A stretch of 64,000 bases of DNA from Neoechinorhynchus agilis (lineage: Eukaryota > Animalia > Acanthocephala), in contig CM121341.1 in the NCBI GenBank assembly GCA_051530055.1, positions 13,680,784 through 13,744,783 of the forward strand, read 5' to 3'. Under the pieces are notes generated by a model that made no database searches, was not told the origin of the DNA, and saw only the letters and a list, made by a program, of their open reading frames with translations. Shown piece by piece: positions 50,131 to 62,375 of the stretch; position 1 is the first letter of the stretch; each line of letters begins with the position of its first letter. Position numbers and translations under genes: made by a program.

Positions 50131-50186
50131 TCCGTTGAGCCATTCACATTGTCCATTTCCTTGAGGATGATATGAAGTAGTATGAC

Positions 50187-52570
50187 TTAGACAAATGCGT
50201 TTCGAGTTGAGCCATTCGCGGAAGCGGAATATTTAGCTATATTGGTAAAGATTTTATCTAGCTTGGATGAACTACGCGAGACGAAGTTTACTAGTTGTAA
50301 GAGATCAGAGAGTGACGGTGGAGCAGGAAGACGGTTGAAGTCTCCTAGAATCAGGAAGTATTGAGAGTTTAACAATAGTTTATCATTAATTAAGGTATCG
50401 ATTTGTTCAGATGTTGCGGAGGGAGTAGAGGCAGGGGGACGATAAACACCGGCGACGGTCATTTCACGGCTGCCGTTACGAATAGAAAGAGAGAGTTAAA
50501 GGTGAACCCACTTGAGATGTTCTGATATAAAATAATGAGCGGTGGAGATGGTGTATGGTAAGGAGGACTTCAAGTAAATAGAGACGCCTCCTCCAGAACG
50601 ATCATCTCTAGTTAGGTGAAATGAGGAGAATCCGGGGATTATCTCAGTGTCCTTATTAAATTGGGAGAGCCAGGTTTCCGTAATGACGAGAATGTCGGCT
50701 TTAGTGGCCGTAGCGACTATGGACAGCTCGTCGATTTTTGGTAGGATGCTACGAATATTGGTGTATATGATTGTAGGGAACGGCTGTTTAGGTGGGATGC
50801 TCAGCAAGGAAATGGGTTGGAGAAACGAGATGAGTGTCAATTGGGGTGACGTTGTGGTTGCCTGTTCATCTAGGGTGCAAGTGGATTGTTCAAAGTTGAC
50901 CGAAATTTTTTGGGTTGGGCCTCCGACGGAGTGAAAGTGAGTGAAGTTAGGTATGACTGCGGTGTCTTTGTTTAAGTCACTGAGCCGGGTTTCTGTGGTG
51001 ACCAATATGTCTGAGGTGTGACGATTTTCTGACAAGGGATGGAAAACAGTTGTATGTCTAATTTCCGCAAAGGAACAGCGGGTTCTTTTGGAGGTATCCA
51101 AAAATTTACGGCAGGAGAAGGCGTGTGTTGAACGGACAATAACTTATTGACTGTCGGGCTGAAAATATCCGGTAAGGGAGGGGTGATTTTAGTAAAAGAA
51201 AGCGTTTGGAGATGTAGGCAGAAGCAGTGTCACGAAGGTGAAAGCTAACTTTTAGAAGGCGTGGACGAGAGTCAGATACGGGTGCCGGAAGGTTGTTATA
51301 AGGGAAGAGCGTACGGGTAATTTCGTTTAGATGTAGCAGATTGTGTTTCAACGCATTGAAACGGCTAGAAATTGGACATTCAGAAAATTCAGGAATACCG
51401 GAGATGAAGAGATTGTGGGATGGATCATATTTCGTATGTTTGTGTGAGAAAGCCGGATATGTTAGGAACAACCCTCGATTTGTTAGGCGGACGATTTTGT
51501 GATGCGCGAGAAGATTTCGGTGAGGGAGGTGTTATCTCCGGTAAAATCTGCTGAGAGGGAGGCTGAAGGGTAGACGTGGTTGAGAAGCGAGCGTAGTCTT
51601 GAAAGGACGGAAGTCGACGAGCGGGATAAGAAGGAGCTGCGCGGAGGGTGGATGTAAGGTAGGTAATATAAGTCTGAACCGGAGGTTTGAGAATCTGGAT
51701 TGAGTTAGGTCGAGGGTCCAGAGACGATTTATCATTTCCAGGTGTGGATGGCATGTTTGGGTTGTCACAAGATAGTCGGTTGTCCCTGTACGGAAACAGG
51801 TCACGCTCTTTGTCATTAATTAGATGTGAAATTAACGGACTGCTAGGAGCTGGTAAGGGATTCTTGACAATTGTTTGGTTGTGTTTTGGGGATATACTCA
51901 GTTGAGTGGGAAGTGTTGTGACGGGTGAAACGGGAGGAAAGAGATCGGGGTGGTGGAATGATTCTGGTGATGGGCCGTTGTTGGGCATCAGATCGGGAGA
52001 AATCTGTGAGATTGCTTCTGCTGTGATGTTCAAAGGCATGGTAGAAGGTGATGTTTCGAGGTTAGCGTCGATCGCGGTCGAAAGTGCCCTGCTGACAACT
52101 CCAAAAGGCATTCCAAACGGTATTCGATCTGGTGCCAATTCGATCAGCAACTTGGCGCAGCAGAACCCACTGATAAAGAACGGGCAAGGCTCTGGGATGT
52201 GCGTTGGGGCGATGAGGGTTGTTATCGAGCACCCTTGGCACGAGCAGGTGATCCTTTTAGAGGCTGGGTTACGGGACTTTTTACCATGAAGGTGAGCGCG
52301 GCGATGAAGATTTAATTGTATAGCCAATTATTTTCGACTTTAGAGGACGTTCACGCGAGAGAGGATGGTAACGAGAGATATGACGTTGACGATCGTGGAT
52401 GTTGACGATCGATTTGTTAAAGTTGCGAGAGAAAATAAAGTTATGTAGCTTTTTCGCAATGAAAGATCGTTAGCGAAAACAATGTTCGTTAGCGGTTCAC
52501 GAGAGAGAGGACGTTGACTTTCACGAGAGAGAGGACGTTGTCGGTACGGAGCTGCGACCTCCCTTGTATT
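50187..52570 (-). mobile_element. APE-endonuclease LINE (CR1/Jockey-like) 5' part: repeat-containing UTR, Pro/Ser-rich ORF1, partly duplicated APE domain
   Basis: YTNIRSILPKIDEL, DILVITETWL, RSGGGVSIYL, VYRPP, ILGDFN. TTCACGAGAGAGAGGA-like repeats at ~52350-52540. Confidence 0.8.
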
Positions 52571-52574
52571 CAAC

Positions 52575-54110
52575 GATCACATCATTCCACCCGAAAGAGG
52601 CGTTCAACAGGGAGACCCATTTGGTCCCATTGGTTTCGCGCTCACAGTGAACGAATTAGCGCATTCTCTTGATGCGGAATTCAATGCTTGGTACCTGGAC
52701 GATGCTACGCTGGGAGGCGATCCCCAGGTAGTAGTTCTTCGTGACCTGGAGAAAATCATGAAGGGGCAAGCAAGGTGGGTATTAAGTTGAACACAGAAAA
52801 GTGCGAAATTCTATTGGGATCGCCTCCCAGCGTAGCATCGTCCAGGTACCAAGCATTGAATTCCGCATCAAGAGAATGCGCTAATTCGTTCACAGTGAGC
52901 GCGAAACCAATGGGACCAAATGGGTCTCCGGCCCGCAAAAGACGTAACAAAGCGCGACTTCTATAATTTTGCACCCGGAATAGAAATGATCGACCTAGAC
53001 CGGCTTAAGCTTTTGGGCAGTTGCGTCTTTGATCGGAATGTAGAAAACGAAATTAACAGCCTTCTAAAGAAATTATCGGTGCTTTGCGATAGGGTCTGTG
53101 AGCTTGGATCACACGAGGCTCTGTTCGTGATAAAGGACACCCTCTTCATCCCCAAGTTCCTTTCTGCTCTACGCACTGCGCCGTTTTACAAGCACGAGGT
53201 TCATCTTGGCAAGCTAGATGGCAGATTGAAGGACTGTCTCGAGCAAGTTTTTAATGTCAAGCTGTCAGAAGAGGCATGGTGACAAGCATCCTTGCCTGTA
53301 TTCTGGCGGGTTGGGCATCCGGAACACAGCAGACATATCCCTGCCCGTCGCAAGAGTTCAAAGCTCTCTAATCTGACTCAAGTGACGACGTTGTCCGTGC
53401 CAGATTGTTGGCAGTCTCCACTAGAGAATCAGGTGCTTGGTTGAACGCGGTGCCGCTGGCATCTGTGGGTACTCTCCTCTCCGACGATGCAGTACGGGTC
53501 GGAGTTTCAATGAGACTAGGACTACCGATGTGTCATCCCCACCGTTGCCGCTGCGGTGCAACTGTGGATTCGTCGGGACTTCATGGTCTCATCTGTAGAA
53601 AATCAGCCAGCAGATTCGCAAGACATGCCAAAATTAACTTTGGTGCTGAGCCGGGTACATGTTACAATACATGCCCCTAATATTTTGGAACCGGTAAACC
53701 TTTGTAGCGACGACGGGCGTAGACCTGATGGGGTGACCACTTTTCCGCGGCGGGAGGGAAAATTGCTCCTCTGGGACGCCACTTGTGCCGATACACTCGC
53801 GGCCAGCAATCTCAAGTTCTCGGTAGATCAAGCTGGGGGTGCAGCGAGCGCTGCGGAAGGACGGAAAACGGCGAAATACCTCGATTTAGCCTGGGCCCAT
53901 GTGTTTGTGCCTTTTGGGGTTGAGACCTACGGATCGCTTGGTAGCGATGCTCTTCAACTCCTGAGGGATCTGAAGCGACGCCTTCAGGTTATAACCGGTG
54001 ATGCAAGTTCAGGTCAATAACTGGTTCAAAATATCAGACTTGGCCGTGTTGAGAGGCAACACGGCAAGCATTCGGGCGACAATTGAGGATGAGGACGGCG
54101 AATAATTATG
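52575..54110 (+). mobile_element. CRE-like non-LTR element: RT, CCHC knuckle and REL endonuclease, degenerate
   Basis: [56 protein letters not shown]. Confidence 0.92.
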
Positions 54111-54199
54111 TACTAGGGAATAATAAATCATTTGAGCTTAATGATAAAATCCATGAGTATGTGGAAGTGGGGAAAAGTTATATATCCAAGAATAACTAT

Positions 54200-54244
54200 A
54201 ATTGAAATATTTCGTCCAATCACACTGAACTTCTTCATTCAATT
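54200..54244 (-). ncRNA. Degenerate minimal hammerhead ribozyme (core ATGAAGA)
   Basis: AATTGA-ATGAAGA-A-GTTCA/TGGAC-GAAA-TAT-T-TCAATT. Confidence 0.55.
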
Positions 54245-55013
54245 ATCTGAAAAGGAATTTAGAAACATCATTGCCTTATTAGGAGGTATCCTCAACTTTA
54301 GGGAATAATCTGTCTTGTTTCCCTTGAAAGCATCGGCTCCCTGAATGTACATGGCCTCGATAATAACACGCACAACCTTGTGGTCATTGCGTACCAACAC
54401 ATATGCGTCGTTAATATCGATCTTGTGGCCCGCATTCAGAGCGTGGGAAACCACAGCGGAGTTCGTGTCCTGTTTCTTAAGTGAATAGCGATGTTCCCTC
54501 ATTCCTGGCCAATATAGCAGCGATCACAATCCGAGCAAGGTACTCTATATACTGCACCACTTAGGCCTTCACAATTGCTCGAACAGATCAGACCATGAAG
54601 ATTCCTCCTTCGTTTGGAATAGAAGAACGTACGTTTGCTATGGTGGCCTGATCTGTCCGAGCAATCGCGAAGTCCCAAGTGGTGCAGTATATAGAATACT
54701 TTGCTCGGATTGTGATCGCTGCGATATTGACCAGACAAATAACTTTGGGAGGAGGATGAGGGAACATCGCTATTCACTGAAGAAACAGGACACGAACTCC
54801 GCTGTGGTTTCGCACACGCTGAATGCGGGCCATAATATCGATATTAACGACGCATATTTGTTGGTACGCAATGACAATAAGGTTGAGCGTGTTATTATCG
54901 AGGCCATGTTCATTCAGGGGACCAATACTTTCGGGGGAAACAAGATAGATTATTCCCTAAAGTTGAGGATACCTTCTGATAAGACAATGAGGTTGCTAAA
55001 TCAATTTTTAGAT

Positions 55014-55058
55014 AATTGACTGGAGAAGTCAAGTGTGATTGGACGAAATATTTCAATT
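55014..55058 (+). ncRNA. Degenerate minimal hammerhead ribozyme (core CTGGAGA)
   Basis: AATTGA-CTGGAGA-A-GTC...GAC-GAAA-TAT-T-TCAATT; overlaps the ORF stop. Confidence 0.55.
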
Positions 55059-55277
55059 AAAGTGATTCTTGGATATATAATTTTTTCCCACTTGCACATA
55101 CATTTGAGCTTAAAAACAAACAAACGCGCATTAATTGTATTTTCGTACAAACTTTAATAAGATTATAACCCGTATTAACCAATAACACAATGCATCTAAA
55201 GTCCATTAAACCCTTTATACCATTTAGAGAACCGACAATCCAATTTAATTAATTAAAATTATCAAGAAGCCTCCGAA

Positions 55278-55876
55278 ATGGCAAACAGTAACCTATCTGC
55301 AATTTACAAGCTTACTTTTTTTATCCAGGCAGCGAACAACAAGGGTTTCAAAGCTAAAATAAACGACTTAACAGCATTAAAGTTTAAAACGGATGAAAAT
55401 CCACGAGTATCCATGGCAACCAAAGTTCGCTTACAAATGCGATCCTTTGGACGGGCATAAAAATGAAAGACCAGCAAGAAAACAACAAGTCAGTCGTATT
55501 TTCAGGAATAGATTCGGACGTTGACGTGTCGTTAAGACAGTCCGAATTTAACAAAAGCCCAGATATAAACTTGAAACTTGGTGCAATACTGGGAGCCGTT
55601 GAGGGCAGAGTTCGGTCGGTTGAAATTGCCATAACGAGCGACGAGACAAAGGTCAGTATGAAAATGTTTGAAAATGCTTCGACGGAAAGGATCAAAACAT
55701 TGGAGATGAACGTTGGTCACCTCAGTCGAGAGATCAGTGATTTGCAAATGGGCGACAGTTGTAGAAGCTATAGTTCCATTTCTCAAGATCGGAATTATTG
55801 TTCAAGTTTTAAAAGACCTCTAAGACGTACGATGAGCTCATGTGAGCGACACTCTTCATGTGGACAATCTGAGTGA
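55278..55876 (+). pseudogene. Copy of the unit-A gene, frameshifted at ~55450-55462, lacking the 34-38 nt intervening segment
   Basis: MANSNL...DENPRVSMATKVRLQMRSFGRA* followed by MKDQQENN... in another frame. Confidence 0.65.
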
Positions 55877-56581
55877 AGTTAATTAAAAGGGGTATTTTTC
55901 GACGATTTCCGTGAGCCCGAGATGAATGAGCTAGCCAAAGTAACAAACACTCATCTTAATAGATGATAAAAGCTGCTAAGATCACCGGGAAAATTCGCAA
56001 ATGTCTCGGACAAAATAACCCAACTCGTTCATAAAATAGCTGAACTCGACAATTAAAACGATAATAATCGATTTTGGGCCTAATTATGGATTTCAGTGTA
56101 TTTTGCTGGCTTTTACTCGCCGCAATTAAACTTACAAAAGGAATAGTTACAATCCTCAAACGTACATAGAAATTATATTTGTGTAATTATTTCTCAAAGA
56201 AACTATGAAGTACTATTTCTTAAATGCTGTCTAATCGTTTCTCAGAAATAGCTAAATTCGAAAATTAGCATTTAGAGGCAAAAACAGGAGATCAGAGACT
56301 TTGGTTTCCAGTATTTAAAAAAAATTCATCCTTCCAATGTTAAAATCGCGTGAAGACAGTCGCGCGCACCTCAAATATTCATAATGCTAATCTGTAGGAT
56401 TATGTTCTTCTCTACTGCTGAAACACACATACATTTAGATCAAAGGCTAATTTTGGCAAATAATATTTAAAACTTCGATTCTCATAAGTCTTCGCAGCTT
56501 CACTTTTAAAGATAAATGAGTATCACTTGCTCCTTCTAGAATGAATAATTCTTTATACAACACAGCAAACTTTGAGTCGCA

Positions 56582-57336
56582 ATGATGGCGCAGACGAAGA
56601 GAAAGCCGTCGTTTGCGAATTTCCTATTTGACGAGAGTCAGCGAAGGGCTCGCATTCGCCAACACCTTCTGTCGATCAATATCATTGCTGGGATTATATT
56701 CGGTTTAACATGTCTCAGTGCATGCGTTATGGAACAACAAGCAGATGTTCGAGCTGGCAATATCGGAAATGTTTATATCCCAGCGAATTTCCTCAGTTCA
56801 CTGGCATCGATTGCGGTCGGTCGGCAGTCGAGAGCAAGCAGTCCAGCAATGTTCCTGCTCAGAGATCGTCTTGCTTCCTGCATTCTGGGAATCATCTTTA
56901 TAAGTTTTTTGTTTTAACCATCAGTCTTAATTTCAGGGAAATGCTGGCAGCAACATGGAGAGAAGGTGTTAAAGTTGAAGCTAAAGTGATCATACCGAAC
57001 ACAATGCTCTTTATACTGCTTCTTCATCTTCCACTTGGAGCTATCGGTCTTTTTCTCAAAATCACATTGTTCTTCTTCAACACAGCTTCAGTTTCCGATT
57101 CATATGTTGCTCAAGTCGTATTTGATTCTACAATCGATTTGATGGCTCTAGCCGGGGCCATGTCTCGATCACTAAAAGGAATCGCAAAAATCAAAATGAC
57201 CTTAGTGGATGAGTTCCTTCAGGTTTTGTTGGCTATCGGACTACTTATCTACGGTTCTAGATTGCACGAATCATCCATTGATAGATCCCGCTTTTTCGAT
57301 GAACGTAACAAGAGATGGCGGTATCAAATTAAATGA
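56582..57336 (+). pseudogene. Multi-pass membrane protein, copy 2 (1-nt frameshift in the T-run at ~56905)
   Basis: Paralogue of 45961-46725; retains the 27 nt missing from copy 1. Confidence 0.65.
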
Positions 57337-57724
57337 GATATACGTTCGATATGGGAAGGCTTTATAAAAAAGACAGGAGATACCCTCTTAAAAGTCGACT
57401 TACCCTTTGATAGTGACGATGAACATGATGAGAATCGAGAACAAATTTGCGGCCGACAAAGAGCAACAAAACAAGGAAAAAAAAGGAGAGATTATTATTC
57501 CTTTTATTTCAGATCAACCATTTTTAGTTGCAGGTTGCATCGGCTATAAAACTATTGATAAAAATAATTCGGATTTTCTAGAGAAAGCGCTGTAGTGAAT
57601 TTTGTTTCGATCTCTCGTAAGGAAGCCATTGATCGCTCGGCAAAGAATAGATGTTGTTGAATTTCAGTGATAGAATACTCACTTAAAGAACATTCCGTAT
57701 CTATCTATGTTTGGTCTTTTTAAC

Positions 57725-57823
57725 GGCCGATAATTTTTTTCTGGGCACACAGCTCACCGATCTGGTTCAGGGAAGCGCATAGCAGATCAGTGGGCTGTGT
57801 GCCCAAGGGAAAAATTATCAGCC
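57725..57823. repeat. Second copy of the long inverted repeat
   Basis: Matches 47095-47194 with small changes in the 5' arm. Confidence 0.85.
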
Positions 57824-58006
57824 ATGTAGCAACACAGAGATACCGAAAAGTTACCGACTAGCAAGGCTTCAAAAATAAAGATCATTAATAAGGATAAATC
57901 AAAGCGCCTGAGATGAATAAAAGATCAAGGATCTGACACATTTAAAACTTACAAACATAATTTGCAAACAATTAATTTACAAGCAAAAACTTACAAGCAA
58001 TCGGCA

Positions 58007-59340
58007 TGTCGACGATTCCATCGCCGTCCCCTCGCTCCACTCGGGACTTAACCATCTCACCAAACCACGATTCGCCGCATGTCGCACCGCTCACGCTGGA
58101 CGCTGCTGACGCAGGCCCCCTCAAAGCGCAACCTGTTGATCACGCGGATCACGAGAGGACCGACGCTGTGTACTCCACTTGGAGAGTTTTATTAAACAAA
58201 AAACAACGTTCGAATAATTAACGACAATTTAACTGTGCAAACAGGTACTAAACCGATCGACAATGTAATCGACCGTATGCACGCATTTACGATCGATTAC
58301 GGATGACCACTTTTATCACATTCTGCCCCATTTATAATTTCCCCCCAGGTTTTCGTATTCGCGACGATCTCCGAGGTTGTTGATTAGCAGTTGGTGACTC
58401 TAGAGATAATTTGTCTGTTCCAGCATGCGTTTCGTCCTCAGTTTCTTCCTTTTCGTAATCTTGTGGTGCATTGTTGTTAGGTGATAAGTGGGATATCTCT
58501 CCGTCTTCCGACTCTTGGTCGTTGTTTGAATATGGGGCTAGCTCTCTAGTTGATATAATACTTTTGGTCCCGTCATCGAATTAAATTGTAGAATACCCAT
58601 GATTGGCGTTTAGAAGATCGACTTTCTCCATTCGGTCGTCATACTTGCTATTGCAAAACGGTTTTCTATGCCATACTGGACCTGTTTTTTTGAGCCAAGT
58701 TGGAAGGAGATTCGTACATCGTGCCTTTCGAGGGAAATTGAATAATCGTTCATGAGGAGTGGAATTCGTAGTAGTACACAGTAACGACCTCGTTGCATGA
58801 AGCGCCATTGGTAAGACGGTTTCCCATTCTGTTAGGGGCAGAGATTTTGACGCTAGTAGCATTCTGACGTTTCGCCACAATATTCCGACATATCTATCAC
58901 ACTGACCTTACCACGCGCCGATTTCCTGCTTGATAGATTCAAAAGCTTCTAATTATTCTTGATTCTACTGGAATTCCGTGGTGCGAATGATCGGGTTGAT
59001 TTTGGTTGAAAAGTCAGATATCCAATTGGAATAAAACGAAAATATTCCCATGCAACGTTTCAAACTAGTCTTATCTGTTGGTGGTTTTAATGCCAAAAGA
59101 CTCTATCCTTTCAGGATCCGGTTTTATACTCTGGCAAGAAATTAGGTATCCCAGCATTGCTATCTGATTAATCCTGAAAATGTATCTTTTATCATTCAAT
59201 GTCAAACCAAGATCTTCTGCGATTTTTTTAAAATTGTTTAAATTTGCATCGTGCTCGATATTGTCCAAATATGCATAGGTACCTTTCAGCTTGTTTTTAT
59301 CAATGATCGACTTCATTATTCTCTGAAAAATCGCTACGCC
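58007..59340 (-). mobile_element. Internally deleted duplicate of the Gypsy fragment
   Basis: Near-identical to 47378-48288 and 49180-49590. Confidence 0.9.
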
Positions 59341-60430
59341 GTTAGTGATACCAAATGGAATCCGGGTCCTCAGATCACTTCATCATATTATGCGATTTTA
59401 ACAAACTGCCGATCCTGCCCTCGCTCTCGCATCTCTCCTAACTCGTTACTTTCCCTACACGCTTCTCCTCCCGCCTTGATAAAATTTTCTCAAACATCAG
59501 GCAATATTCGTGCACTACCAAACTTCCCCCGATCGCCTCGTCTGACCGTTGTTCCATCCTTCCCTCCCCCACATCGCCTTAAAAACGTTCCTTTTCCGAC
59601 CCCTACGTTGTCTTGGGTAGGTGATCATCAACCCAATCCTTTGCTGCATGTGTCAGTTATCTTATCACGCAAAACCACTCTACCACCTTTGGCCCTTACC
59701 CCTCGATTGCAATGGGTTCTTTGTTAAATCTAATAGAATCTGCGATCAAGGCCCCCTTGGCTCGCAAAACAATACGAATCTCGAACCGCGATCCTCCATG
59801 GTTCTCGCCTTTTCTAAAAACCCTTCAAATACAGGTTACCAAAGCTTTCCGGTCAGGTAATCCTGCTTACCCCTCCCTCCATTCCACACTGACAAAACGC
59901 ATCTTTGTAGCTCTCAAATTATTCCTCTCATCTCGTCCGTTCCCAATCGAAACTGGTGGCGTGAAATAAAAAATGTCACTGGTCTTGGTAGATCCACCCC
60001 CTTCGCATCTCTCCCTAAATCTGATCTCCTCTCAATCCTTAACTCCATGAATAAAAACCTGTCCGTCCAAAACCTCCCATCCATTGTCCCAACCTCCCTT
60101 CTCACTTTCTGACCCGCCCATTCATACATGCCCTACCTTAGTTTCCCCTCTCGAAATCTTAGAGATCCTTAAACGCCTGCCCGCCATTCTTCCCCTAATT
60201 CGACTATCCCAAATTGGGCCATTCGTTTCATCATCCCGGAACTTATCGATCCTTTAACGCACATAACGAACCTTATCTTTCTACTGGGCTTTTTCCCATC
60301 GTATCTTAAAGAAGCCCGTGTCGCCCCCCTTCCCAAAAACGATAAGCCGATTTCCCCCACATACTTTCTCTAAAATCTTAGAAAAATGTTTTAAAACCCG
60401 CCAACTTCCGTTTTTCCTCAAAAACATCTC
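59340..60430 (+). mobile_element. Degenerate APE-type LINE segment (APE end to RT start)
   Basis: FIILCDFNKLP, NRDPPWFSPFLK, WWREIKNVTG, LKEARVAPLPK. Confidence 0.7.
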
Positions 60431-60559
60431 CCCTTCCCAATCAAGCAGATCTGCCACAAGTTGAGACCAAAATCGGAGCAGGCCCGGAGAAGAAGTGAAT
60501 GTTCCTCTGAGTCGAAAGCTTTAGATCGTCATACAGTTTTCTATTTGGTTACTTTTCTT

Positions 60560-60790
60560 TACATTCACCACCTCCCACCAAATTCCAGCTTTTGTCCTTC
60601 CTCGACCGTCGCCATCACGCTGGCAGCATTGCCCCGTCGCTTTCCGTCCCAATTACTCTTGTTCTGATGCTCTCCTTTGCATCTACGATACGCTTGTGTG
60701 CAGCTTAGATTCCAGCCCAGCATCTAGCGTCCGTCTCGTGCAACTGGATAATCCCAGAAACTTGTCCTGCTAACGAAGCCAGGTGTTATA
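60560..60790 (-). mobile_element. CRE-like 3' fragment
   Basis: CCAAATTCCAGCTTTTGTCCTTCCTCGACCGTCGCCATCACGCTGGCAGCATTGCCCC is the reverse complement of the 5695-5775 sequence. Confidence 0.75.
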
Positions 60791-60869
60791 ACTGCCAAAA
60801 AAGTATGCATTTCGCTAAGATGTGCAGATCCAAAAAAAATTAGAATTCTATATATTACCTGACTTATGA

Positions 60870-62297
60870 TGTGACATTATGTTGGGCTTGCCCTTTATCA
60901 AACTACACAAGGAATTACGAGTAAAACTGAGTGGAGAGGGAAACATTCTCGAATTGACAGCCGCCGTTACCGATCATACATCAAGCGAGACCGTATTCAG
61001 CCTGACCCTTTTCGAAAATTTGAGCGCTGATTGCCGGCCGATCGCCACGAAATCTAGATCGTATTTTGGAACGGATTTTCAATTTATCAAATCGGAGATA
61101 GGACGCATGCTTAAAGATGATATTATAGAGACTTCAAACTCGCCATGGCGTGCTCAAGTTGTCCTCGTTAAAAAAAGAAAACGACAAAAAACGACTTGTT
61201 GTCGACTTTTCTCAAACGATAAATAGGTTTACATACCTTGATGCCTACCCGTTACCGAAAATTGAAACCATAGTTAATGATATCGCAAAGAATACAATGT
61301 TTAGTCAAATTGACTTGAAGGATGCATACTATCAAGTTCCGAAAGACCAGGCTCTAACAGACTTAAGCCTTTCGACGACTTAGCGACTCCCACCGACAAG
61401 AAAACGCTTTAACGATTAATGGGATTTTTCGCGTACTACAGTCGGTGGATTCCGAATTATTCGAAGCGAATACAGCTCCTGGTATCGAATCACATAAAAT
61501 TTCCCTTGTCCAATCAAATAACGACCTTGATCCAGTCCCTAAAAGCCGATATCAAAAATGCGGTGATTAATAGTATCGACGAAGGAAAAGAATTTGTCTT
61601 TGAAACAGATGCTTCGGAAAACGCCTTTGGAGCGGCTTTATTCCAAAGTGGACGTAATGTGGCCTCCTTTTCGAAGACATTGAAAAAACACGAAAAGCGA
61701 TACCATATCGTCGAAAAAGAAGCGTATGCTTTAGTTGAAGCTGTGAAACATTCTAGATATTTTTTGGCCATTCGACCATTCACTCCAGTCATTGATCAAA
61801 AATCAATCTCATTCATGATGAACTAACAACATTCCAAAAAAATTAGAAACGAGCGAATCCTTCGTTGGAAGTTAGAACTATCCCTCTATAAATATACATT
61901 GAAATATCGCGCCAGACGAAAAAATCTAGCAGCCGACGTTCTGCCATGCGATAGTTGCGCAGCAATAAATGACGGAGAAAATGGTTCGAGACTTCGACGA
62001 CTCCACGAAAACCATAGAAAACTTGGTCATCCAGGTGTTACAAGAATGCAGCATTATACGAGGCAGAATAATATTGCCTTCTCTTTACAGGAAATCCGTG
62101 AAGTTATCGCCGCTTGCCCTGTTTGCTGTCGTATTAAACCGAGGTTTTTCAAGCAACAAGGTCTACAACTCGTCAAGACCACAAGACCTTTTGAACGTCT
62201 ATCAATAGACTTCAAAGGACCGCTTCCTCGTACGAACAATGAGTACCAATTTCTAATAGTCGCCATCGATGAATATTCCAGGTTCCCGTTGGCTCAA
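60870..62297 (+). mobile_element. Degenerate Gypsy pol (RT, RNaseH, integrase), a different subfamily
   Basis: SNSPWRAQVVLV, LVVDFSQTIN, DAYPLPKI, FSQIDLKDAYYQ, FETDASE, IVEKEAYA, PFERLSIDFKGP, IDEYSRFP. Confidence 0.9.
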
Positions 62298-62375
62298 TAA
62301 ATTGTTATAATATATGCCTGAACTAGACCTGAACTAAGTTTTATTGAGCCAACGAAACGAAATAACAAAACGGAC

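Larger units (their letters stand above)
54157..55102. mobile_element. Inverted pair of Penelope-like GIY-YIG 3' fragments (arms ~54157-54563 minus, ~54676-55102 plus)
   Basis: Both arms encode SGAVYR.C.DCDRC...MREHRYSLKKQDTNSAVVSH...IIEAM.I. Confidence 0.85.
55140..59410 (+). repeat. Segmental duplication, copy 2, with a ~0.9 kb deletion inside the Gypsy segment
   Basis: Matches 44640-49600. At ~58918 it jumps from the equivalent of ~48288 to ~49180. Confidence 0.95.
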
